Positions 53,512 to 64,000 of a DNA stretch of 64,000 nt are shown here, in pieces; position 1 is the first letter of the stretch; every line of letters begins with the position of its first letter. The notes beneath the pieces are model-generated. The model searched no databases and was not told where the DNA came from. It worked only from the letters and a program-made list of their open reading frames with translations. The stretch is taken from NCBI RefSeq assembly GCF_018350175.1, contig NC_058368.1, positions 64,110,001-64,174,000 of the forward strand, written 5' to 3'. Origin of the DNA: Felis catus (Eukaryota). Both the position numbers and the translations under genes were made by a program.

Positions 53512-54058
53512 TGTTGTGGAGCAAGAATTCCTGTCCCCATCAAGGACCTTGTAGCCAGACCAAGAATCAAATTGACATGAGACAAGTTAACAGGACAAAA
53601 TCATAATTAATAGTGTGTGTACAGGGAATCCACACAAACATGGAAATTCCAGAGACAGTCAGGCCAAATGATGTATATAGACCTTTCTGAATGAAGAAGA
53701 GGATAGGGAGACTGGGTCTTCAAAGGGAAGGAGTGCATTCACAGGAAGAGTGAATAAGAATAAATGTTTGGCAAACACATGTTTGCAGGGCCACTCAGAA
53801 ACAATGAGACATAGAAGACTTTGATCAAACAGGTCTTGCTAGGTTCCTCCCCGTCTACTGTACCTATTTCACAGTATAATATACATCTATGGTGACAGCT
53901 CTTTTCCTGGAGCAGGTCTTCTATCTGTTATTTTAGGTAGTTGTGGAGGAGGCAAAGAGTTTTTCTGGAATCTGCTGGGTTTTTATTGCTTTTTAGCTCA
54001 AAAGACTCTTCATGCCAATGTGGCCTGTCTTGGGGCTGTCTGCCCTTGCCCCTCAACA
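53512..54058 (-). mobile_element. MER34/MER39-group ERV1 solo LTR
   Basis: Termini TGTTG...CAACA. The minus-strand 'ccccaagacaggccacattggcatgaagagtcttttgagctaaaaagcaat' matches the recalled MER34-group 5' end. Confidence 0.7.
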
Positions 54059-54187
54059 GAACGCAAACAGTACAGAAATATTAATTCAAAAAACTCTACT
54101 AAATTTCAAAAAGAGCAGTCAGAGTTGATGCCTATATTATACTGTGCTCGGGCTGCCATAACAAAATACCACAGTCAGGGCGTTTTA

Positions 54188-54432
54188 TTTTATTTTTTTT
54201 AATTTTAATTTTTTAAAAATTTTTTTAATGTTTTATTTGTTTTTGAGACAGAGAGAGACAGAGCATGAACAGGGGAGGGGCAGAGAGAGAGAGGGAGACA
54301 CAGAATCCGAAACAGGCTCCAGGCTCTGAGCTGTCAGCACAGAGCCTGATGCGGGGCTCGAACTCACAGACCGCGAGATCATGACCTGAGCCGAAGTCGG
54401 ACACTCAACTGACTGAGCCACCCAGGTGCCCC
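54188..54432 (-). mobile_element. CAN-SINE inserted in a short MLT1-like fragment (~54135-54470)
   Basis: Perfect 15-bp TSD agtcagggcgtttta (54173-54187 / 54433-54447); the flank 'gggctgccataacaaaataccaca' is an MLT1 terminus. Confidence 0.95.
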
Positions 54433-54859
54433 AGTCAGGGCGTTTTAAACAGGAGGGGGTATTTCCTTGGGTGACATTAAGATGAGGCCTTTACCTCCAT
54501 CATACAAGGCAAATGACAAAACCAGAAGAGCCCTCTTTAGATCACAGTTCATTCTGGAGGTCAGGAAGACGTCAAGGTTGCACTAGGCTGCAATGCCTCA
54601 GGAATAAGCAGAACATGATAGGAGGGGACTTTAAAACACTTCCCAAGCCTCACATAGACACATCAACAAAAAGCAGGAGTCTCAAGGCTTAAAAACAACT
54701 TCTGACAAAGCACTGAACAATTAACAACTGGCCCAGGGGTAGCTTCTAAGAAGCGAGGCTTAAAAATTAAGTCACGCTCATCTCTGGAATATTCTGGAAA
54801 ACTGTGCATGCCCAGTGCTGCATACGCTCAGAAATGATGCCATGAACTGAGCTGCCAGG

Positions 54860-55492
54860 TGTTGACGTAGTTGGTTAAGTCAAGTCAAAATGAAAATAAT
54901 GATGAAGGCTTTATTCACTTATTGCAATAGTATAAACAAGAGGCCGGAAAGAAGATGCCAGCTCCAGAATGTTTCGTTGTTCCCCATGGAATAAACAGAT
55001 ATATTAGCACAAATGAGGGAAATCATCTCACCACCAAGAGACCTCAAACAAAAAGTTCCTACCCTTTCATGAACCCTAAAGCAGGAGGGCAGGGAGGGGG
55101 GGATGCATAGGAGTAGAAAAGTGCTGAGTTCTGAGTCAGAGTAGAACAAGGTAGCTTCAAGGTTTCTCCTCCTCCCCCTGATAAGGAGGTCTGGGCAGGG
55201 ACACTGGGGAAGGGAACCCCATAAAGAGTCCGAATGGAGGCACCTGGAGTAGGAATGCAGTTATGCATGAAAGCATGCTAGCCAGGGGTCCGGAGTCCCT
55301 GACTACAACTCGCCTTCCAAACTGGCCTACACTGGCTCCTCCAAATTTGGTCTGGAGAGGGCAACTTTCCTCCATGAGGCTTGCTGGGTGAAGTCTTTTA
55401 GTTGCTTATCCTTGGCCTTAAGGATCACACATAGGTTTTTGGCCAGGAGCCAAACTCCTTGGCAATCAATGAAGGGGATTATCAATCTACCA
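54860..55492 (-). mobile_element. Candidate ERV solo LTR, family not recognised
   Basis: TG...CA bounded, GC-richer ~630-bp block with a minus-strand AATAAA near its left end; it appears to interrupt L1-like sequence. Confidence 0.4.
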
Positions 55493-56118
55493 GCCACTGG
55501 TCCCTTACTGAAAGAAGAGGAAAAAAATGTAAATGCTGTGACTGATGAGAGCCACCTTCAAGACATCCATCTGTACATCCATCTATTCATCCATCCATCC
55601 AGTAAAGATCCAGAATCTAACTTGCTAAGGAGGTGTTGAGCACCACCTTTCACACATTAGTGGCTTATGATAACCCAAGGGCAGCCCCTAAATAGCCAGG
55701 CTAAAAGAGAAAAAAAAAAAAAAAGGAAAAATATATAAGCAGGAACATCTTTGGGAGTCTACACATGCTGGGAAAATAGATTTGCAAAATTAGCTTAGCC
55801 AGATCAGTAATTAACATCCCTCCCCCCAAAAATACAACAACAAAAAACCAAGTGCCCAAACAGACAACAATGAGAGACTCTGTGCTGAGAGGGAGGAGTA
55901 ACTATATTTGCTGTATTATTTTAAATGTCTAGGTTTTTAAGAAATGAAATATTCAAGGAAACAGCAAAGTGTGGCCCATATGTAAGAACAAAAGCAGGTG
56001 ATAGAAACTACCATGGAAAGGGAACACTTGGTGGACTTAACAGACAAAGATTTCAAGGCAACTATTATAAATACATTCTACATATGTTCAAAGAAATAAA
56101 AGAGACATGCTTAAAGAC

Positions 56119-56244
56119 GGGGCTCCTGGGTAGCTCAGTCAGTTAAGCGTCCAACTCTTGATTTAGCCTCAGGTCATGAACTCATGGTTCGTGGGTTCAG
56201 GCTCCATGTCCAGCTCTGCACTGACAGCACAGAGCCTGCTTGGG

Positions 56245-56294
<50 letters not shown>

Positions 56295-56303
56295 CCTCCT
56301 CTA
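56119..56303 (+). mobile_element. CAN-SINE, 3'-truncated after (CT)n
   Basis: Head ggggctcctgggtagctcagtcagttaagcgtcc; no A-tail. Confidence 0.9.
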
Positions 56304-56439
56304 CTGGCAATTTCTCCCGTGTGATGACAATGTTTCATTGTATCAATAAAGAAATAGAAATTATTTGAATACATAAAAATAGAGAACAAAATTAATAAAA
56401 AGAACAAGATGGAAAAGGAGTTGAAAATATAATAACAAT

Positions 56440-56655
56440 GACACCTGGGTGGCTCAGTCAGTTGAGCGTCTGACTTCGGCTCAGATCATGATCTCACGGT
56501 TCGTGAATTCAAGCTCCGAGTCAGGCTCTGTACTGACAGCTCAGAGTCTGGAGCCTGCTTCAGATTCTCTGTCTCCCTCTTTCTCTGCCCCTCCCCCGCT
56601 CATGCTCACTCATTCTCTCTCTCTCAAAAATAAATAAGAATTTTAAAAAATTAAG
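56440..56655 (+). mobile_element. CAN-SINE
   Basis: TSD aaaatataataaca on both sides. Confidence 0.93.
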
Positions 56656-56914
56656 AAAAATATAATAACACATGAAAAATTCAGTAAAAGTGTCTAGCTA
56701 TAAATTTCATTACAAGAAAGAGCCTGCAAACTTGAAAATCAATCCATTGAGATAATGCAGTCTGAAGAAGGAAGGGGGAAAAGTTTGAGGAAAAATGAAC
56801 AGTATCAGATAAATGTTAGGGACCCTTAATCATACCAACATAATGGAAATTCCCTAAGAAGTGGGTAGAGAGAAAAAGAAAGAAAATATTAGAAGAAATA
56901 ATGACCAAAGAGAG

Positions 56915-57560
56915 GGGAGTATAGGATAATTACCTTTAAGGTCCCTTGAGAATTGTGAGTTTAAAGTGGACGTGGTCAGTATGGTTGTGTGTTATTTTCC
57001 AGCCATATTTAGTTATGTGATCTGGTTGTGGAATGGGGAAAGAGCTGGACTGAACCAGAGATGCAGCTGTGCCAAGCAAGCAGGAAAAAGAGAGGGGGGT
57101 AAAGGAGGTAAGGATGGTATACAAGAGTGATTATGACAGACCATGGAATTCAAACTGGGTAAGGAGAGAAGCAAGTATATCAAGAGACAGACAAAAATAA
57201 TTGCACCAATGACTTGGAGGTCATGCACCAGATGGATCTGAGGTATCCATCAGTGGAAGGTACTCATTATGTTGTGATTATGTATATCACATAATCACAG
57301 TTCCATGCATAGGTTCCAGTGAGTGGTAATGGCACGGTCTAAGATTTGACATTGGAAGGAATAATGGAGGGAGATATCCTTGGAATGGAAGCATTTATGA
57401 AATTAAAAATACAGGGTATTGGAAAAAATTATGTGCATGTATATACTACAAGTCAGGCATTTCTAATGGACAGAGTAGGAGTAAACCAGGAACTAAAATT
57501 TTTGAGAAACACATAGGAATGATTCTGTGGGTAAGTAGCTGACAGCAATGATGTATTTTT
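56915..57560 (-). mobile_element. L2 fragment (more 5' part)
   Basis: Minus strand reads 'catccttacctcctttacccccctctc...ggttcagtccagctc...gaccacgtccactttaaactcacaat', which is L2-like. Confidence 0.6.
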
Positions 57561-57942
57561 TTTTCCAGCATGTGACTCCTTAGTCCTATTAGGACCATTT
57601 AAGTCAGATCATGTTAATGTTCCTTTTTCCTTCAGGCTGTGTGCTTAAAATGTAACTTCTTCAACTGGAATGGTAATTCTCACTGCCTAGCATAATGTGG
57701 TTCCTTTGGCTTCAACCATGTAGAGTTGACCTCTGTATGTAGTCTAATTCCCTTTGGCTTGAACGTCGCCATGACTCTTGGCATATTTTTGTTAGTTCTA
57801 CAATATTTCCTGTGCAAGGTTAATCTATATTTTTTAATCTATTCTTTACCTTAAATTCTTATTTCCATCTTGAATTGTTTTACTGATGTATTAGCCCAGT
57901 TCTTAACTACATGCTTCATTCCATTTAAAAATAACTGTTTTA

Positions 57943-58245
57943 GGGGTGCCTGGATGGTTCAGTAGGTTAAGCCTCTGACTTTGGCTCAGGTCATGATTTC
58001 ATGGTTTGTGGTTTCAAGCCCTGCATCGGGCTCTTGTGCTGACAGCTCAGAGCCTGGAGCCTGCTTCAGATTCTGTGTCTCCCTCTCTCTCTGCTTCTCC
58101 CTAGCTTGCACTCTGTCGCTCTCTCTGTCTCTCTCTATATATCAAAAAATAAGCATTAAAAAAATTATATATATATAAATATATATAAAAATATACATAT
58201 ATATACATATACAAAATATACATATATATGTATATATATAACAGA
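57943..58245 (+). mobile_element. CAN-SINE whose tail has expanded into an AT-rich microsatellite
   Basis: TSD aataac(c)tgtttt lies before the head and after the (TA)-rich tail. Confidence 0.92.
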
Positions 58246-61200
58246 ATAACCTGTTTTATTGAAGGGATTAAGCTATCTCACAGATAAATTAGTAGGCTTA
58301 CAAAACCAAGACCCTAAACTAAGCTTCTGGGACAGCCCCATGCTGGGTAGAGCTGGTCTGCATGGATACAACTGCCTCTACATGGCTGGAGAGCTACAGA
58401 AGCAGAAGCCTCATCACAGATGATGTCTCAAAAAGTAGTCAGGAAACTGATTAATCTGCATGCTGCTTCTGCCAGCCCAAAGATCATCTTTTACTTTATC
58501 AAATGATTCAGCTCTGATTGGAGATCTTGCACAAGGATATCTAATTGATGAAATTCTATCTATCTGATTCCCTTGCTGCAAGGGATTCTGGGAATTGTGG
58601 TTTTTGCTTCCTATCCCCTGCAAGCTGGACTATTGTTAAGGTAGATATTGAGAGTGTTAAAATCCAGTATCCAGTGTCAGCCAGATGTAGAGTTTTGGCT
58701 TTTAATGAAATTTGAAATACAGTATGAGGATTAAATACACTAACCAAATTTGATCATGATAAAGACTTTATGCGTATAATTCACCCAAATCTTGCTGTGC
58801 TAAAGCCTAGCATCTTTTAAAGAGAGTTTTAGAAAGAAAACCTTTAAAGATGTCTGCTTCTAGCAGAAATGAAAACTCTAGGCTTGCTCAACTTCAAAGG
58901 GCTAGTGAGAGTAATTTTATCATGATTCATTATCATCACTCACAGTATTTGATTTGGTTAATTAACCATCCCATTTCATTCTTTCATGATTTCGATCCTA
59001 TCTGAAATAAATAACAGGAGTTAGAAAGAGAGGGAAATTGTCTGCTTTATTATAGGTGCAGAACTGGATTAGAAAATATAGCTTGGGCTTCAAACCAAAT
59101 CTTTTTCCTTTTTCTTTTTCCCCTCCATAGAATTTGTACAAAAATATTACCTTTAGAGCAGCTGAATAAGTAAAAATTTTACTGCATAAGGCATAGCTTG
59201 TTCTTTTTGGTTTATTGCATGGAAAATGCAAGATTGGTGAGCAGAATGCATAGGGCTCACAGGCAGGTGGTTTCTAAAACCGAGATCCAGGAGTGGCAGA
59301 TTGATAAAGACAGAGAAACAACACATGAGCATGTAAGTTCAGGACATTAACCTTCTCAATTCAAGATCACGAAGAAATAGATTGCAGACTCTTATCATCT
59401 CACCAATCAGATCTCTCCTACCAAAGGAAGAAGCTAATGAGTGGTAGGGAGGAGTGAAAAACTCCAGCCTTGAAATTTATGGAGTCCTTCCAATTTATTC
59501 TGCTGATTAGTCACACGGTTGTGCATTATATTAGAAAATCCTTCAAATATAAAGATGTTCTGCTCCCCAAGTATTTGCAAAAACCCCAGAGATTTAATGG
59601 AGATAGTATTTTTCATCTTTGCAAAAGAAAGGAAAAATGCGTATTAGTCTTACCTTTGAGCAGCAAATAACAAGCAGACTGCTGTCATTTTAATAACTGT
59701 ATTTTTGCAGATTTCATTAAATGCCTATAAGATGACTATTCAATGTTTTAAATCTCTAATGTTTTTATAAAACAATGAGGAGTGATTTTCAAAGATGCTT
59801 ATGAGGTCTATTCTTAACCTCATTAAAACAATGGAGTTAAGTGACTTTACATTTTTCTCCTTAGTGCAAAGGGAATTCAATTTTCAAGTGAGAACCCACA
59901 GTGATACCAGAGATCCTTTTTCCCTTTCTTGCTTCCATTTAGTTTGGCTTGATATGAATCCAGAACGAAGGAAAAGAAAACAAACCTATGCTAACAACTA
60001 CATAGTTACAGAACAATTAGTTTACATAATCCCAATATATCAGAAGAATATATCACAAAAACAATACTGATTAAATCATCTCAGATTCAGTAGGGCAGCA
60101 TAAAAATGCAGACCATCATTGGGGAAATGGTTGTTGATCATGAAAATGCACCTAGAATCTTAAAATGATGACAGATTTCTTTCGTGATTCGTCAGACACT
60201 CAAGAGGAATTAAAACACAAATAGGCTGAAGGACAGGGTTTCAGTATGACAATATTAAAAGTCAGCCAAGGGAGCAAAAGGTTCCTCGCATGCTTGAATT
60301 GTCTACATGAAATCTCTCAAGAAAGTCCATAGATCCATTGCTAGTACATTTTATGTAAGTTTTGAAAACAAATAGTGATTTTTACTTAGCAGAGTTTCTG
60401 TTTTATACACTGATTTTTCTAATTTTTACAACAATATTTCATGATATTTCCTATGTTGGCTTTTTAAAAAAACTGATTTTATCAATATGATATTTGTTTG
60501 AATAATTAACATTTTCAAATGCAGTTAAATCAGGTATTTTTCCTATATGATATCAAGCAACTCATAAAGATTTTTTTTTCTCAATTTCACTGTTTAGTTG
60601 ACCAATGGTTTGGTGATAATATTGACAAAATAAATGACAGAAAGAATTCCACTATGTATTTCTGGGTCTTTAATTTTTTTTCCTTAAAAAACAAACACAA
60701 AACAACACCATAATAATTGTTACCATAATCTATACTTTCAATTGAAATAGTTCAGTTGAATAGATTTCTTTCTATATGACTAAGATAAAGTTTATTTTTT
60801 CTTCTCTTATGTCATATGAAAATAGCTATGCAAATGTTCAGCAAATTTCAAGAGAAGTTTTGGTATGGTCTGAAATATATAGGCCACACAAAAAATTCAT
60901 GGATGAGTGCCTCATCGATAATCATTTTGAGAACAGCTAAAACAGAGCAATGATTCTTACCTAAACTGAAGTGTAATTGGGATAATCTGATAAAATATAT
61001 ATATACCTAATTATAGCTGATCAAATATATCTATATATAACTATTTATCTATATCTATATATCTACATATTTTTTTCTATTATTTTTCATGGTCCAGGAA
61101 GACAACCCCTCGCTCCCCTACCCAAGTCATTTTCTGTTTGTTCAAATGGCTTTAATTTTCCTTTTAGCACTTACATTACCTGACCTTATAATGTATGTTT

Positions 61201-62190
61201 ATTTTTAAAAATTTTTCTTAAATCCCCATAGTCTGGAACAGACGTTAGCATTTAATATGCATTAAATGAATATTTGTCGAATAAATAAAGACGGGGAGAG
61301 AGTAAATCAGCATTGCTTTAAAATCTGAGCTCCAAATAAAAAACCACGAGGGAAGCAGGAATTACAGGTGTTTATGTACCATTGAGTTTCTTTGTATACT
61401 CTCAATTCTGCTGAGTTGTTTTCTTGGGCGATTAAGTTTAATGATGATTAATGGTTCCTTTATGAAATCCGGGGGGGGGGGGTGGTGTAGGGGGAGATAG
61501 TCCAAAATGAATTAAACTACTGATATTATATAAAATAATATTTTGTAATGTTTTAACCATTAATTGCCTCTGAAGGCAATATTGAATATAATGGAATAAT
61601 TACAAGTTTTGATGCCAGATAAAACTAGATTGAAATCTTAATTAACTTTATTTTGTTATCACCAAAAATGTATTAAAAGAGCAGCCACCTGCATTTTTAT
61701 GATAGAAGTGAAGATAAAAAGGAGTCTAAAAATGAGATTTTTTTTTTTAGCCAGAAAAATATTATGTCTGGAAGAATTTGAAAACAAATTCAGTGGTAGC
61801 TTGAATTTTTTAAATGCTAATTGTCCCTGATAATCTCTAAGGGGAAAGGGGAGAAAGCTGGCTGTGAAATTCTTCATGTCTGTAAAACTTGTCTTCCTGG
61901 AACATGGAAAATGATAGAAAAAAAATAAAAGGGCTTTTAAATAATGAAATGAGTGAGAAAGAAACATGGGACCTTGTTGAAAATGAGATTATAATAGGAA
62001 ATGGGAAGTATGTGCTAATGTGTTTATATTTGCAAGTTTAGTATTTTCTTAGTACATGACTATTGTGAATTCCAGCTCTCCACCAGAGTTCCTGTGTGGG
62101 ATATTCCCAGAGATGGTTCAAGTACAGAGTATTTGAATTATAACAACAGATGTAACTTTTTGTTTTGGTACTGGGATAAGGCAATTTAGG

Positions 62191-62400
62191 CTTTTTTTTT
62201 TTTTTGCCAACGTTTATTTATTTTTGAGGGACAGAGCATGAGCAGGGATGGGCAGAGAGAGAGGGAGGCAGAATCTGAAACAGGCTGCAGGTTCTGAGCT
62301 GTCAGCACAGAACCCGACGTGGGGCTCAAACTCATGACCTGTGAGATCGTGACCTGAGCTGAAGTCGTGTGCTTAACCAACTGAGCCACCCAGGTGTCCT
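62191..62400 (-). mobile_element. CAN-SINE
   Basis: TSD core aaggcaattta (62178-62188 / 62406-62416). Confidence 0.93.
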
Positions 62401-62571
62401 GGTAAAAGGCAATTTAAAGTCTAGGTCTTCTCTATTTAAAAAACAAAAACAAAAACAAAAAAAAACTAGCATACTTAAGCAACTTCAGATATTTCTTATT
62501 GGAGGATGGCTTTAAATTGTTTTTATGGTAGTATCTACCTTAGGAGGAACATAATGAAGACTCTTATTTTT

Positions 62572-62781
62572 AAAAAAAAAAATTTGTTTATTTATTTTAA
62601 GAGAAAGAGAGAGAGAAAAAGGGGGGGAGGGGCAGAGAGAAAGGAGAGTGAGAATCCCAAGTAGGTTCTGCACTGTCAGCATGTAGCCTGACGTGGGGCT
62701 TGAACTCAGAAGCTGTGAGATCATGACCCCAGCAGAAATCAAGAGTAGGGTGCTTAACTGACAAAGCCACCCAGGTGCCTC
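62572..62781 (-). mobile_element. CAN-SINE
   Basis: TSD aagactcttatttt on both sides. Confidence 0.93.
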
Positions 62782-63026
62782 AAGACTCTTATTTTGATCA
62801 GGTGCAAGAGGAGACTGAACATAGGACAAAATACTACTACATGGAGTATAACAGAGGCTCCAAGACGACCCCCAAGAGGAAATTTGCTTAACTTTATTTA
62901 GTTGCATATTTTAAAAATATATTTGATAATAGAACTCATTTTCGTAGAAAGCATTTTGGAAGATACTAATTTTTTAAGGAGCACAGCTTGGGAATTGAAA
63001 CTATCATTATTAATAGCCCTTTATTG

Positions 63027-63194
63027 CAGTGCTTCTCAAACTTAAATATCCATATGAATCTCCTCAGAAACTTGTTAGAATGCAGATTCTGCTTCAGCAT
63101 TTGTTGGAGGAGGGAATGAAATTCTCCTTTTCTAACCGGGTCCCTAGTGATGCCCAGGCTGCCCATCTGGAGTCTACATTTTGAGCAGCATAGG
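63027..63194. mobile_element. MER5-like hAT-Charlie MITE
   Basis: 'cagtgcttctcaaactt...cttgttagaatgcagattct...ttttctaac...gtgatgccc...acattttgagcagca'. Confidence 0.75.
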
Positions 63195-64000
63195 TCTGAT
63201 GCATCGTGGTTCTTTAGTTTCCACAGAGATTATCGAGACACGGAAAGAGGTACACTTTTACATTAGTGGCTTCAGCCTCTTATGCTAATGAGGTAAAACA
63301 AATCGTTAGGATGGGAATCTTTTAATTTCAGCCTTGATTAGCATCAGGATAACAGAGAGAAGGTAAGACAGAAGATAGAGCCCCTCTCATACAGAAATTA
63401 ACAAAAAGAGTAAGTAAAAAAAGACTCTTCCACAGCTCCGAGACCCCTCTCCTCCAGACCAGACATATGAAAAGGGAGATGTGGAAAGAGAAGGTTCCTG
63501 ATAGGGCTGGTTTAAGATTGCTGCCGTACCGGTTCTATTCTTCCTTTCAATCTGTCTGTGTCTCTCTCTTTTTCTCTTCTTTCTTGTTTGGTCCCTTCTT
63601 TCTTTTTCTTTGTTTTTTGAGGTGTTATTCATATTGTTATAATCTTATTGGTATAAGAAAACTTCATACAGGCATATCTGGAAATATGTTCATATTCTAT
63701 TGCTATCCATTAAGCTGTATCAATACAAAATTATATATTACTTTGATATTTGTTCAATGTGTTACCGAATTTTTTTAAGTTGTAGATATTACTTATAGAG
63801 GAGGAGTGAAGACAACAATACATATCTTAAAAACAAGAAGTTATTTTGGATGGCTGTTTGTGTATGTGTGTTTTCTCATTCAAGTGTTGAATAGATCCTG
63901 ATTTTGTGCATTAAGCACAAACAAAAAATACAGAGACATAAGACCAAGACTTACTTTTGTCTTCCAAATGGCAGAGCTTTTCTGCCTCTGGAGCTATCAG

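Larger units (their letters stand above)
53395..56910 (+). mobile_element. Ancient L1M 5' UTR/ORF1 fragment, split by LTRs and SINEs
   Basis: ORF1-like 'tatgttcaaagaaataaaag...ttgaaaatcaatccattgagataatgcagtctgaag...aaaatattagaagaaataatgacc'. Confidence 0.6.

Noticed and set aside
61471..61495. Poly-G run, and poly-C at ~5086-5105, as G-quadruplex elements
   Set aside because: Isolated homopolymers with no functional context.
5312..62781. tRNA-like A and B boxes as tRNA genes
   Set aside because: They are the tRNA-derived heads of CAN-SINEs, followed by (CT)n, A-tails and TSDs.
7325..62907. Recurrent peptide MAQSV..TSAQVMISR..SSSP..GSVLTAQSLEP suggesting a gene family
   Set aside because: It is simply the translation of CAN-SINE sequence.

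Overview
This is a mammalian genomic window, most likely felid (cat lineage), judged from its feliform CAN-SINEs. It is AT-rich and repeat-rich. I recognise no host protein-coding gene, rRNA, true tRNA or CRISPR. It contains about 22 tRNA-derived CAN-SINEs (many with clear TSDs), one full-length but inactivated LINE-1 (13167-20025, -) and one young 5'-truncated LINE-1 with a perfect TSD (22649-24068, +). It also holds older L1/L2/MIR fragments, several LTR elements (MER21-, LTR33-, MLT1- and MER34-like), an internally deleted Tigger1, a MER5-like hAT element and microsatellites. The long or recognisable ORFs are L1-derived; the rest look like SINE, simple-repeat or chance ORFs. I found no convincing new biological system. 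The most noteworthy observations are mutational footprints (a near-perfect 154-bp tandem duplication, perfect hairpins consistent with template switching, nested insertions), two repeat-poor enhancer-like blocks and a weak Harbinger-transposase-like motif. Repeat family names come from recalled consensus sequences and need RepeatMasker/Dfam confirmation; boundaries of old repeats are approximate.
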